This document shows, piece after piece, positions 13,401 to 26,140 of a stretch of DNA of 64,000 bases; the stretch's first letter is position 1; each line of letters opens with the position of its first letter. Made by a program: the position numbers and the translations under genes. A model generated the notes under the pieces. The model was not told the DNA's origin and did not search any database. It worked only from the letters and a program-made list of their open reading frames with translations. Source of the DNA: Trichoplax sp. H2. Its lineage: Eukaryota. The stretch spans positions 496,001-560,000 of the forward strand of contig NOWV01000014.1 in NCBI GenBank assembly GCA_003344405.1. The letters are read 5' to 3'.

Positions 13401-16400
13401 GTAGTAAACTCTTCATCTTAACCAAGTCAATCGATGGCAGTTTGATATGGATGGATAGGCTTATTATTGATGTAGTAAGATGGAAAATGAACTGGAGAAT
13501 AGAAATGAATCAATCCATGGATAGTTATAGTTAGGAACATCTATTGATGCTAGTGACAATTAGATCTATTTTGATTTTTCAATCAACATTTATCCAACTA
13601 GACTAGACAAGGGGAATAGCAATGGAGATGGAGATGATATTCAAGTAGGTATCAAAAATCAATTTTATCCTTGTAATAGACAAGAGCAATGATGTCGATA
13701 CTAGTCGAGAAAGGAGAGGCAATGGATAGAGAATACCATGGATTGAATTGAGATGACTTAACGCCCAGACATTGAACATCATTAATTTATAATCAATAGG
13801 AAGACAACTCCCAAGCCTCCATATTTGATTCATGACAGTGGGCTAGTCTGGATACTATTTCACAGTAATTCTATCAATTATTCAATGGGAATAGAATGCA
13901 ACACTGTTGAAAGGTGTTCTTCAACGCCATGACTTTGTTATGTTGAATGATCTAGTCAATAAGGGAAGACAGTAGAAATTGATACATTAATTGCTTAAGG
14001 AAAATACTATAAAGGCAATGCTTGCAATGGCAATTTGACTTGTGGATACGTTGCTTATGCCAATGTCGATGCAACTTGCAAGGTTGGAAGTAATGGACAA
14101 TGTTATAAATATGAGATTCCAAAAGGGAAACAACATCCATGGATTTCTCCTTGCCAATGTTGTCACTTGCTAAAAGTAGATGCAATTTCATATTAGGATG
14201 ATATTATTCATCAATCGCTACCAATGCATTGCAAAAAGCAATTAACATCCATGAGTTTCTATTTGCCAATGTTGTCACTTGCTAGAAGTAGATGCAATTT
14301 CATATTAGGATGATATTATTCATCAATCACTACCAATACCTTGCAAAAAGCAATTAATATCCATGGGTTTCTCTTTGACGATAGCGTCCCTTGCTAGACT
14401 AGACCCAGCTTAAAATGGTCATCAACCACCACGAGTAAGTTTAAAAAGGTAATTTATATGGATAAGGAGAGACCCAGTTGACACGAATCTTTCATCAGCA
14501 TAGACTACTTGACCATCAACTACTGTAAATTAGAAAGGGAATTTAGTCATAATAGCGATAAGTTTTTCTTTGCTATCGTCGTAACTTGGTAGTGTAGACT
14601 CAGTTGGCAATGATGATCAGCTTGGACTACTTGATCATCCAAAACGATAAATTTGAACAGGAAATTGGCTAAAATAGAGCATCCGAAACGATAAATTACA
14701 AAAGGAAATTCGTTAAAATACATCATCCAAAACGATAAATTACAAAAGGAAATTCGCCAAAATAGAGCATCCAAAACGATAAATTACAAAAGGAAATTCG
14801 CCAAAATAGAGCATCCAAAACGATAATTTACAAAAGGAAATTCGCCAAAATAGAGCATCCAAAACGATAAATTACAAAAGGAAATTCGCCAAAATACATC
14901 ATCCAAAACGATAAATTACTAAAGGAAATTGGCTAAAATAGTGATCAGTAGCCAGCGCGGTAGCTTACTAGAGTGGAACTAGCTTAGAANNNNNNNNNNN
15001 NNNNNNNNNTTCATCAGCATAGACTACTTGACCATCAACTACTATAAATTAGAAAGGGAATTTAGTCATAATAGCGATAAGTTCTTCTTTGCTATCGTCG
15101 TAACTTGGTAGTGTAGACTCGGTTGGCAATGATGATCAGCTTGGACTACTTGATCATCCAAAACGATAAATTTGAACAGGAAATTCACTAAATAGAGCAT
15201 CCAAAACGATAAATTACAAAAGGAAATTGGCTAAAATACATCATCCAAAACGATAAATTACAAAAGGAAATTCGTCAAAATAGAGCATCCAAAACGATAA
15301 ATTTGAACAGGAAATTGGCTAAAATAGAGCATCCGAAACGATAAATTACAAAAGGAAATTCGCCAAAATACATCATCCAAAACGATAAATTACTAAAGGA
15401 AATTGGCTAAAATAGTGATCAGTAGCCAGCGCGGTAGCTTACTAGAGTGGAACTAGCTTAGAAGGATAATCGACATAGACTACGTAAAATGGATTAGCTA
15501 CTCCTTGCCACTGCTGTAGCTTGATCATATCGGTCAATTTGACGATGATGATAAACTTGCATTACTTGATCACTAACAATAATCGATTAGCAAGGAAAGA
15601 ATTTGCACTTCCATATTTCCATATTTGCCATCGCTGTAGCTTCGTTTCAAAGGAGTAATAATAATCAATCATCGTAGTGAGTCAATAATCGTAGGATATA
15701 GTCTTCTCTCCTTTTATTCCTGATTCAATCTTACTTGTTGTTTATGAAATTCTCCTTCTTACCCATGTTATGACTAATCATTTTGGGGTATGAATCATTT
15801 TATCATCCTTGACTGAGATCATTCTCTGATCGTTTTATCTTGGATTCTAATTCTATTTTACTACTGCTATTAGAAATTCTCTTTCTAATCGACAACGATT
15901 GAGAATCAAGTATAGCAGTTTAATACCCATTAGACTATACATTACGGATGATGAGAGGAATAATCCTTTTGCAGTCGTTTTATTCCTAATTCCAATTCCG
16001 TTTTCATCATTTGTTTGTTTGTTTATTGAATTCTCTTTCTAATCAAACGTTGTTCATAGTCATGTATTCTACATTAAATAGCCATTGGAAGGGTATACTA
16101 TTGCAATAGTCATGGGAAATAATCTCAGGATCATCTGCTATCGTTTTATTGCTGATTTAAACTCCATTTTTTGACTACATCGTGATCGATTTCCTTTTCT
16201 AATCAACGTCCAGTTTCTGATAGACCGGTATACAAAGTTCATATGCCAATTTGACTAATACTCTATTATCAAGTATCAGGGATAACTTGACGACTCAATA
16301 ATCATAATAATGATAATCTTATCCAAATTGACCATCATATACTTTCAATACTTCAAAAAAAGAACCTTGTATACAAAAAATGAGTTTTACTTCCTATACT

Positions 16401-19400
16401 ATTGACATTAGATAGACAAATGATGTTAACTCCGGATCTGAATACAATTGCTACAATATTTAAAACTACCTCTCCAATGTTTACTCCGATTTGAATGCAT
16501 TATTATCTGTCTCTAAACTATGTTGATGTATGTATAAAATAGTGTAAGAAAAATAATTTCAAATATGATGACTGCAAATGAGTCAATTCATGTATTCTAA
16601 TGGAGATAGGAAGATTCATGTAATAAAACTGGCATAACATAAAATCAATCCATCTTCCTTTGCACATGCAATAAGTGATATACAGTATTGTATGCTAGAA
16701 ATGGAGCTGCCATAATGATTTATCTTCAAAGATAGCATGGATCTATTTGGATTACTAGTGGATACTTTTATACGTATGACTATTCTACTTGATCAATCAT
16801 GGACTTGAGTAATTTATTCATTTCAATTATACTTTTACACTATTTTGTCGTTAGAATCTATTTTTTTCTCCCGCTACAGCTGTCTCAACAATAATCTACT
16901 ATTCTACTCTCTTGACTCTTTCTATGACTGGTTGAGTACTTAAAATAGAAAAATTCTCTTGTTTAATTTGACACCATCAATAGAATATAGAATCATTTTT
17001 ATTCTCCTTTTGACGTGCCTACTCTGTTTGCATGAACAATTGTATTATTTCAATAATTGACTATTTAGCCAAGAATGATCATTCTATTGATTATTTCTAG
17101 CTTAGTGGTTCACAGAAATCGTGAGTATTTTCAATCAACCTTGGTCTAAAAGTTTATCTTTTGACTTTATCCAAGGGTTTCCTATTCTTACCTATTCATT
17201 ATCAATGACTCATGATCTACTATTAATATTAGTACGACATCAAGATAGGCCAAAATCGGTGTCGCATCTTATCCAATTTGCAACTAAAAATTTCATATGG
17301 AAAGGATCCTGTAATAGACGAATAACTGCCATACGAGTAGCTTACGGTTGGATACTAGATCTTGAAATAGTGCTACTTTCGTGCTATACGTACATATAGC
17401 GTCGTATAGCTTGATAGTGGAGGATAAATTGAGCTCAATTTTTATTGCTTGCTGCTAATATTCCATCGGCTTACGATAATATAATATTAAAATTGACCAT
17501 GTGCCCCTTTATCTAAACCGACAGAGAGACTTATAGTGTTCTAGCAAGAGTTATTGATTCCTTTTTTAGTAATTGTCCAATTCCATATTTATCCTTGATT
17601 ACCTTGTTATCTAAAAGCGACAGAGAGACTTATCATGTTACAGCAAGAGTTATTGATTCCTTTTCTAATAATTTGTCAAATTCCATTTTTATCCTTGATC
17701 GTGGTATAATGTGGCATATCTTGAGCTATAGTCTAACTTACATGACTACAACACGCGTAAATACTTGTGCTTGTACTTATTATGGACAACAATTTTCCAA
17801 TATGGTTGCAATAAAATACCGCGTATGTCCTATGCAATATGTGGAAACAGGAGTATATAATTCGATTTGAACCAGTAAGAATTGACTTTCCATCTAACCA
17901 TACCAAGGTTATTTTTTGGCTGTAATGGTTGATTGCAATTGGTATTGCCTTAAATTCAACGTTTGTACCGTAGTTAGAATAATTTAGTATTCATTTATAT
18001 TGTTGGATGTTGGCAATGAGCATAAAGTATAATTTATTATGTGTAGTCATAATCGAGCGTATAGGTTAGGCTCTGGCTCAGACTACAAAATAAGCTATTT
18101 AGTTGTTACACTTGATAGAAAGACTTTCTCTATTCCTCAATTTGGCAATTGCTACCCATACTGTCTATTGTACGAGTGTTTACGATCAGTTTCTCTCTCT
18201 CTATACACTGCAATATTACAGTAATCTTGGCTATTATAATAACTGAAATGTTTTCGTATTACAAAATGACTTTCTAATCCTTTTTCATCGCTTCTTGTAC
18301 AGTTAGTTGACAATAATATAGTACGAACATCAAACAAATTTTTCAATAAAGGACAAAATAATATGGTATGCTAAGATGTCGGACAATATATTAGGATATA
18401 GTACACTGATAGAGTAACAATTACTTTTTACCACAATAAGAATTCAAGAGGTAGATGGATAATCCATTACTCGTAAAATTGCTTTTCCTAATAACATCTT
18501 AATTCAGTTATGGTTCAAGTAGAGTATACATACGCGTAAATGATGTTATATCGATTGAAATTTTATATCCTGTGACAAAAATTATTCGTTTTGAACTACC
18601 TAAAACCGTGTTGTCCTAGAACTTAATGCATAATCTGCTGTCACTGAAATGACTTGATTCTCTAATATCTTCGTTTTTGAATTGGTAACGAAAAGTGGAT
18701 TTACAAGCGAAGGAGTAAACACAATTGAAGCATTTTTAACAACAATGCGAACAGACTATGTTATACCTACTCTAAATTATCGGTTTGGTATTGGATCTTA
18801 TTAACATATTGAAACATAATTAAAACGCTTTTACAAGAGAGTGAAATAGTAGTTCATTGAAGGCATTAATTAATCTATTATTGGTATCCACAGCGGCTTA
18901 CAGTACCACATTAACGTGTAGACTAATACTTATAGAGTAAACTACCTATACCTATAAAGTGTAAAGTAATTCATGATGTTATTAGCCAAGTACGTTAACC
19001 GCTATATTGCCTACCTGAACATAAATATCTTGATAGTGATTACTTAAATAGACTCGTATAGATCGAAGAAGAATATTTCGGAACGACAATTACAATCATT
19101 TTAGGTCTTCCCTACTACATTATTACGAGTACAATTATTTTTCCTGACTTCCTGTTATTTGGATTATGTAACTATCTAATCTTTCTCACTAATATCATCT
19201 GGATTATAATTATATACAGATCATACATTTGCAATAACTTTCATGAAATTATATCTATAAAATTGTAATCACCGTTTTTAGATGCTAGGAAAAATGTTAA
19301 AGACGTTCTGCAAGATTTTAGGTCATCATCGCAAGAGGTTGCAGAACGATTGGCTCCCAATAAGGTAATGCTACACTCTGTAATGAAAAACGTCAAGTTG

Positions 19401-22400
19401 TAAATTTCATTGTGGCTTTTTAATACAATATCTTCACATTTTTGAACGATACTGCTGCTGATGTTATCGAGTAACATAGTATAGTGATATGTGACGTAAC
19501 TGAAATATTGATCTTGTAAAATATCATTGATACTAACTTTTGTAATAATCTCTTAATTTCTAGCCAATGTTATATGAAGATTTTGAAGCATTTTTAATCA
19601 CTTTTCTGGAATGTGATCTATCAACCTCCCAGTTGCCTAAGCAAATGTACTTGGCACTGCAACGCACACATAAACCTCCTCTATCTCTCAGTAGGAAAAA
19701 TTCTATCACTCCTGCCCCGTCGAATAGGTTCGATTAAGAATACAATACCGAGTATACAGTATTTATTTAAATAGTGTGATGATATAACGTATCTATATGA
19801 TACATCATACCTAATTAGTCGTATATATATTGAATTTTTATAATAAATAGTAGTTTAAAATTGATCATCTTTTAATTTCATACTATTACTATTAAGGCAA
19901 TCTCAGCTATTATCTTCTCCTTCAACGCCAAATATGGCTAATTATAATCATCGAAGAGATGACCAAAATGCTATAAATGCTTCGGTTACATCAACAGGTA
20001 GTGAAATACAATCAGCAACTTCTGGTGCAAATTCTGGGTAAGGATTCGTGTCGTTGTTTCTTGATGGGGACAAAATTATAATGTGTTACTTTGAAACATT
20101 AAAAATATAAAACACTTTATTGAGCGCAGTATCTAACATCAATCATGATATTATTATGATTACTTAACTTAATAGAACTTTGAACAATTATGAGCAATAC
20201 TCGAATAACAAGGACCTAACCAAAAGGAATAGTCATAACCAAAATGCAAGAGATACTCCAGTTTCCACTAAAAACAACTCATCTGTAAAATCCGTAACTA
20301 TCTCAGCTAAGGGCGATCGTAAAGTAAATAACTGGAAATATTGCGCATAATCATTACATCATACCTATTGGTATTTTTGTTAATATTGTATTAATTTACA
20401 TCAACCCTGGTATTATGAATATCTAGCAGTTAGAGGACGAAGCAATCTTACCTTCAGTTGCTGAAGTAATGTGCTATTTATCGTTGCTCAAGGCTGGTTC
20501 GCCTAGTGACAAGCTAGAGTGTAAGTAATGTAAATTATGCATTGAATACATGCTACCATGTAAACGTTGCAATAATACCATTGTAAAATATAAATTGCTC
20601 TAAGAAATCGCTACTAAACACTCCTCTTTTTCATGTATAGTTATGTTCCGTCTATATGATTGTGATAACAGTGACTACTTAGAAACACATGTAAGTCTGT
20701 TAAGATTCATAAATATTATAGCTTTTAATATCGTATGATTATATTGCTGCCAGTTATAACATAGTGCTATCGATTCATTTTACGTTATACATTTCGTAGG
20801 AGCTGGATAACATAGTCCAGCAAATGTTGTTAGTAGGACGATATTTAGGATGGGATGTTTCAGAACTTGAACCAGTAAGATCTATTTATTACTTATTGTT
20901 GAATCTTGTATTATTCATTATACTTTCCGAAACGCTTTGATTATTGCCGTACTACTATTCCTTTAGATACTGGAAGACATGTTACAAGAACTGGATTGCA
21001 ATAACGATAAGAAAATTTCTCTTGATGAATGGATTAAAGGCGGTAGTAATAATATCCCATTACTAGTACTACTTGGAATTGATACGGTAAATTATGTTTC
21101 CATACTGAGAAATAGCTTTTATTTCCGTATACATATGATATCATTAGCACAATTGAACACTTTTTGTCTAATTTTATTAATCTTGATATGAGAAACAATG
21201 ATTTATAATATTATCTACATATTACAGCAAGTACGGGAAAACTGTCAGCACCAGGTTAGAAGTTGATAAATATCTAGTATAATAATTGAAAAGTCCATAC
21301 GCAAATTAACTATTGTTGAACGCTTAAGAGTCTTACCTATACTATCTATATTGATTTATCTATTTTATGTTCTTGGTAGTGGCGTTGGAAGAAATTTCGA
21401 AAGCCCGCTTTTTGTAACTTCTGTTTGGGTATGTTATTAGGATTAGGAAAGCAAGGATTGACTTGTTCATGTAAGTTATACAATAAAAGTTTACCTTTTG
21501 TAAATCAATCTATTTACTTTTCAAGGAAATAATAAGATTTGTAAGAAAATTACTTATCTAAATCCATCGCTTGTATTAGCAAGGTACTATTATAATAAGT
21601 TACATTATTTTTTGCTTCTCAGTCTGTAAATTTACCGTACATGAAAGATGCGTTCAGAAAGCTCCCACTTCTTGTGTTAACACTTACGTTAAATCAAGCC
21701 GAGCAGTACATGTAAGTTCGATGTGGGAAGTAATAACTATTTTTTAAAAATTTTACAAATGCTATCATGACTATTTTTAACAAATTCTATAAATTGTTAT
21801 TGTAGCAAAAATTGGAGCATCATTGGGTAGTTGGAAATTGTCCTGGTAAATGTGATCGCTGCCAAAAGTCGATAAAAAGTTATAAAAGGCTTACAGGAGT
21901 TCGATGTGCATGGTGTCATTTAACTGTAGGCAACTTCATTAATATCTTAATAATTTCACTCACATGCAATGTATCTTTGTAGCGCAAAAATATGAATTAA
22001 ATTCTCAAGTTACGTGAAAATCTGTGACGACGTCATAAAATTTATACTTTTATAGCTGCATGATAAATGTTTAAGTGGTATTACTGTTGAATGCGATCTC
22101 GGAAAACATAAAAATTTGATTTTGCCGCCTACCGCTATTTGTCCGAAAGTTCTGGTTCGTTCTTAAATTCATCGCACTATTAAATAAGTTAACAATGTCA
22201 TTATCGTAATTATTACATTTACACACTGCATATGTATCATTTCTTGTAAAGGAAAGGCATCGTAGTGTTGGTGATTCTCCACCGCCGACTAATTCTTCTC
22301 ATATGGACGGATTAGATATGCAGGTACTCATTTTATCGGCCGATATTTTATTTTTTCATATTCTTTGAAGTAAATTTACTTGAGTTATAATATCTTTCTG

Positions 22401-24735
22401 AACGAAAATTAAATTAAAAATTTAGATTGCACCATTAGAAAATTCTGTGCCTTTAATTGTTTACGTTAACCCAAAGAGTGGCGGTCAGCAAGGAAGGAGG
22501 TAATTAATATCATTATTAATAATAGTAATTTTATATGCTTTACCAGTAGTTAAAATTGTAGTAATACAGTACTGTACTTCAAGTTATTATTTGGTGGGTG
22601 ATTTGGTTTATGGCTGCGCTTCACGGAAACATAAAATTTTTGTGTATGAAAAATTATATCTATTTTGTTACATTATCTTCTAGAACGCTACAAAAATTTC
22701 AGTATCTATTAAATCCTAGACAAGTATATAACTTGCTAGATGGTGGTCCAACGCCAGGGTATGAATTTTTTTATTGAATATCTACTGGTATACCAAATTA
22801 TTCCAGTACATAAAAGCTAATAAACTTTAGATGATGACAATAAGGTGTTAATTCTAATTCTAATTCTATATTATTTCACTTATATACTGTACTACATGTG
22901 GCATTCTTCAAATTACAAATCAAACAGCTTGAAATTTATTCGTAATGTACCCAATTTTCGCGTTCTTTGTTGTGGAGGAGATGGAACAGCTGGCTGGGTT
23001 CTAGCAACAATCGGTTAGAAAATCATCTTAAATGTGTCGCGATCCTACTAACTACGATCTTGACATGCTTTAGGAGCGTAAGAGATTAGATGATTTTAAT
23101 TGGTCTGATACATTTGGTAACATAAATTTTTTCAGATAAGATGGAGATAGATCCTCCACCGCCTATTGCAATCTTGCCATTAGGTAGGCGCTACTATGGC
23201 AATGTTTGTTTTCGATGTACATTACAATGCAACTTATTCAGCCTCATTTTAGTAGATAGATATACTACATTTTTAAGTTTAATTACTAGACGTTGAAGAT
23301 TGATATCTTTTTATAATTTAGGAACTGGAAATGATCTTGCAAGATGGTTGGATTGGGGTGGTGGTTACGACGGTGGAAATCTTTCTAAAATATTACAGCA
23401 GATTGAGCAAGCTGTTCCAGTATCTCTAGATAGGTAAGAGATTTAGGATAGTTAATACGATTTATGGCAATGCTTTGAGAATGAATGGATACATTTCAAC
23501 TTTAGTTTTATGTTTTATACAATGTTTCAACGTCTTACTTTCTTCAATAATGCCAAGGTGGAATATTGATATCTCCGCATTTGAGGGTCTTGAAGGTAGA
23601 GGCGAGCCGGTACCACTAAATGTGTTTAACAATTACTATTCGATCGGTGTAGATGCTTCTATTGCGCACAAATTTCATACCATGAGACAGAAGAATCCAG
23701 AAAAATTTAGTAGCAGGTAATAAAATATCAATCTTGGATTTCCCAACAACGCTAACCAATGTTGTACCGCTTTCTAGATAATTTACTCAATCCATTCCGT
23801 TATTTTAGGATAAAAAACAAGTGGTTTTATTTTGGATGTGGTGCTGAAGAGCGCTTATCTAGTAGCTGCAAAAGTTTAAACTCTCATATAGACGTAATTG
23901 TATGTGAAATCTGCATTGTGCAATACCTTATATTCAATGTTATTCAGTGGTAAGATAAACTAAAAATAAGCGTTTACATTTACAGTGCGACGGAAAGGCA
24001 ATCGATTTAACTGATACATCATTAGAAGGAATCGTGATTTTAAATATTCCCAGCATGTATGGTGGTACAAATATATGGGGTAATACTAGCGAAAAGAAAA
24101 AGTCAAAGAAGAAAGAAGCTCAGAAGAGCTCACATAGATTTGTGCCTCAAGGTTTAAAGCTTAATAAATGTTGTCCTTCATTATCTTATGATTCCTGAAC
24201 TTTATCTTAATTTTTTGCATCCTTAGTTCCGAATGATCGATTACTCGAAGTCGTCGGTTTAGAGAACGCTAGTCATGTTGGCCAGCTTATTACTGGCTTA
24301 CGTGAACACGGTGTGCGACTAGCTCAAGCATCAAATATAGTTATACGGTAAAAGAAGATATATAGAAGTGCTAAAGTTGAGGTTTTTTTACTCTGGACGC
24401 CATTCTTTGTACGTAAAGTTATCGAGATGATATAATATTTATACTCTATACTATTGATTACTGTAGAACCAAGAAAGAATACCCTATGCAAATTGATGGA
24501 GAACCTTGGATTCAGCCACCATCAACGGTATAATAGATTCATAATAGTTTCATATATTATAATCAATGAGGATGTCGTGAATATAAATAATTTTTCGCAT
24601 CTAATTCATTTACAGATTCGAATTACATTCCGTAATCAAATGCCAATGTTACAAAATTTTCACCGATCGCGTAAAGTAAAATTACTTCCGTTCGTAAAAA
24701 GACGTTCACGTTCATATAAGTATCCGGGAACTTAA
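7434..24735 (+). CDS. DGKB: Type I diacylglycerol kinase (DGK alpha/beta/gamma co-ortholog): RVH, 2 EF-hands, 2 C1, catalytic and accessory domains; 26 coding exons
   Basis: Exon 1 7434-7500 ([22 protein letters not shown], phase 1) joins exon 2 19282-19364 ([13 protein letters not shown]). Later exons encode [44 protein letters not shown], two C1 domains ([22 protein letters not shown]), [39 protein letters not shown]; stop ends at 24735. The symbol is the closest vertebrate paralog and is not resolved. Confidence 0.93.
10200..11465. repeat. Degenerate repeat family, about 95-bp period in its best-preserved part
   Basis: GATTGGTTAT at 11133, 11215, 11310, 11405; AGTCAATATTGATTCAA-like motif near 10242, 10477, 11028, 11085. 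Confidence 0.7.
10539..10940. repeat. 101-bp tandem repeat, 4 copies
   Basis: GTCGATT...TTCCACTCCT-AATCGAAGTTT-GATTGCCTTCGAT starts at 10541, 10642, 10743, 10845. Confidence 0.95.
12966..13030. repeat. 15-17-bp tandem repeat, 4 copies
   Basis: GCTATTTT(TT)ACTTTA(T)C repeated. Confidence 0.85.
14130..14400. repeat. 112-bp tandem duplication, about 2.4 copies
   Basis: TTGCCAATGTTGTCACTTGCTA-AAGTAGATGCAATTTCATATTAGG at 14151 and 14263, with a degenerate third start. Confidence 0.9.
14491..15463. other. Gap-flanking duplication (probably two unmerged haplotypes) around 20 N at 14990-15009
   Basis: 14491-14989 and 15010-15463 are colinear and differ by a few substitutions and about one 44-bp unit. 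Confidence 0.8.
14635..15414. repeat. 44-bp VNTR present on both sides of an assembly gap (about 7 and about 6 copies)
   Basis: Unit AAAATAGAGCATCCAAAACGATAAATTACAAAAGGAAATTCGCC; arrays at about 14635-14940 and 15154-15414. Confidence 0.93.
17509..17700. repeat. 98-bp tandem duplication
   Basis: TTATCTAAA..GACAGAGAGACTTAT...AGCAAGAGTTATTGATTCCTTTT at 17509 and 17607. Confidence 0.85.
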
Positions 24736-26140
24736 TCTCCCAAAGTTTATGTAGCGATCATCAAATCTATCAGAATGATTAATTTTCCTGGCGAAAGAGC
24801 TCATGGAAACTGTCGTAAAATTTCTGATAGTTCCATTATACATCGATACAAAAGTTTAGGGGTAAATCTCCTTTCTTTCACGATTGTTAAATCAGTTTTA
24901 CCGCACAGTAGATTTTTTTGCTTGTTTTTATATACTGTAATTGGTTAGGTTTCCAAAGTATCATACTGCAAGCTTTTAGAGAAATTGCTTTTACGTAATG
25001 CGATTTTATTTGTACGTTGGTGATAGGCAAAAGCATTTACTGTAGGTTTATATTTAATACAGTAATAATCACCTATTTGATTGCAAATTGAGTGTAGCAC
25101 GTCAGACCAAAGGTACTTATTATTTATTAAGCTTGCATGCTATAAACTTTTAAGCTTGTAGTCAAACATTAGTAACAAATGCAATTACTTTTCAATATAT
25201 TATTCTGCAATAGTTCTTATGTTAATTTTTTTGAGTATATCATTTCTTTAGCAAAACGATTTTCACCTGAAAAACAAAATGTTAAAATTTTTCGTCTGTT
25301 ATGTAAGCAATATCGAACTTAATTTTGTCATTTCCGCCGATTCAAATTATAAATAATTAAAGCTTGGGTATACATATTCTTTAAATAAACATAATTTCAC
25401 GTTATTTTGATGTATACCGAGATAATGATATAAAATTATTTAACCTATATATTGTATTTTGTCGGTATTATCACACGAAAATTGATTAATTTTTGAAAGA
25501 GAAATCTGCACCACTATGTTATCATTTAAGATTGTTTTTCTTTTCTTATTGTTCGTTTTATCCATTTCAAAATAATACGGGATTTGGAGTACCTCTACTC
25601 CAACCTAATACAAATCTATGCTTAAACAAATAATCTAATCTGCATATAAAAGTCAATTTAATATTATTTATACGCGTATATATCTTTATCGATCAAACAC
25701 ATTATCCTTTTGATAGAAATTATGATATTTATATTATCACGTTGTAAAAGAAGATTTAAGTCAAGTATTATTACTATTCTAATTGCATTGTAAGCTTTAA
25801 ATTACGAAATTAATTATTACGCTGTATTCAAACTTTACTCCTAGTATTGGAATGTTTCTCAATTTTCTTCTATATCGACTTCCATATTGCAATCACTCTG
25901 ACCACAATAATAAACATTACTAAAGTAATCAATGGTGTAAATGCAATATCGAAATGGATTGAATTAAGTAAAATGAACTTTATTTCTGACGCATTTTATT
26001 GGCAAATTAATTATAATTAATAGATGGATCATCTAACAAAGAAGACGATTTTTAAGTAAATATCAGACTATTTTACAAGTAATGCAAATAATAATATTTC
26101 AACATTAAGACGATGGTGATAAAAAATAGCATTACTGCAA

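Noticed and set aside
8336-14774. Many short ORFs suggesting a nested gene or retroelement
   Set aside because: No RT, integrase or transposase motifs seen; several ORFs are translations of tandem repeats
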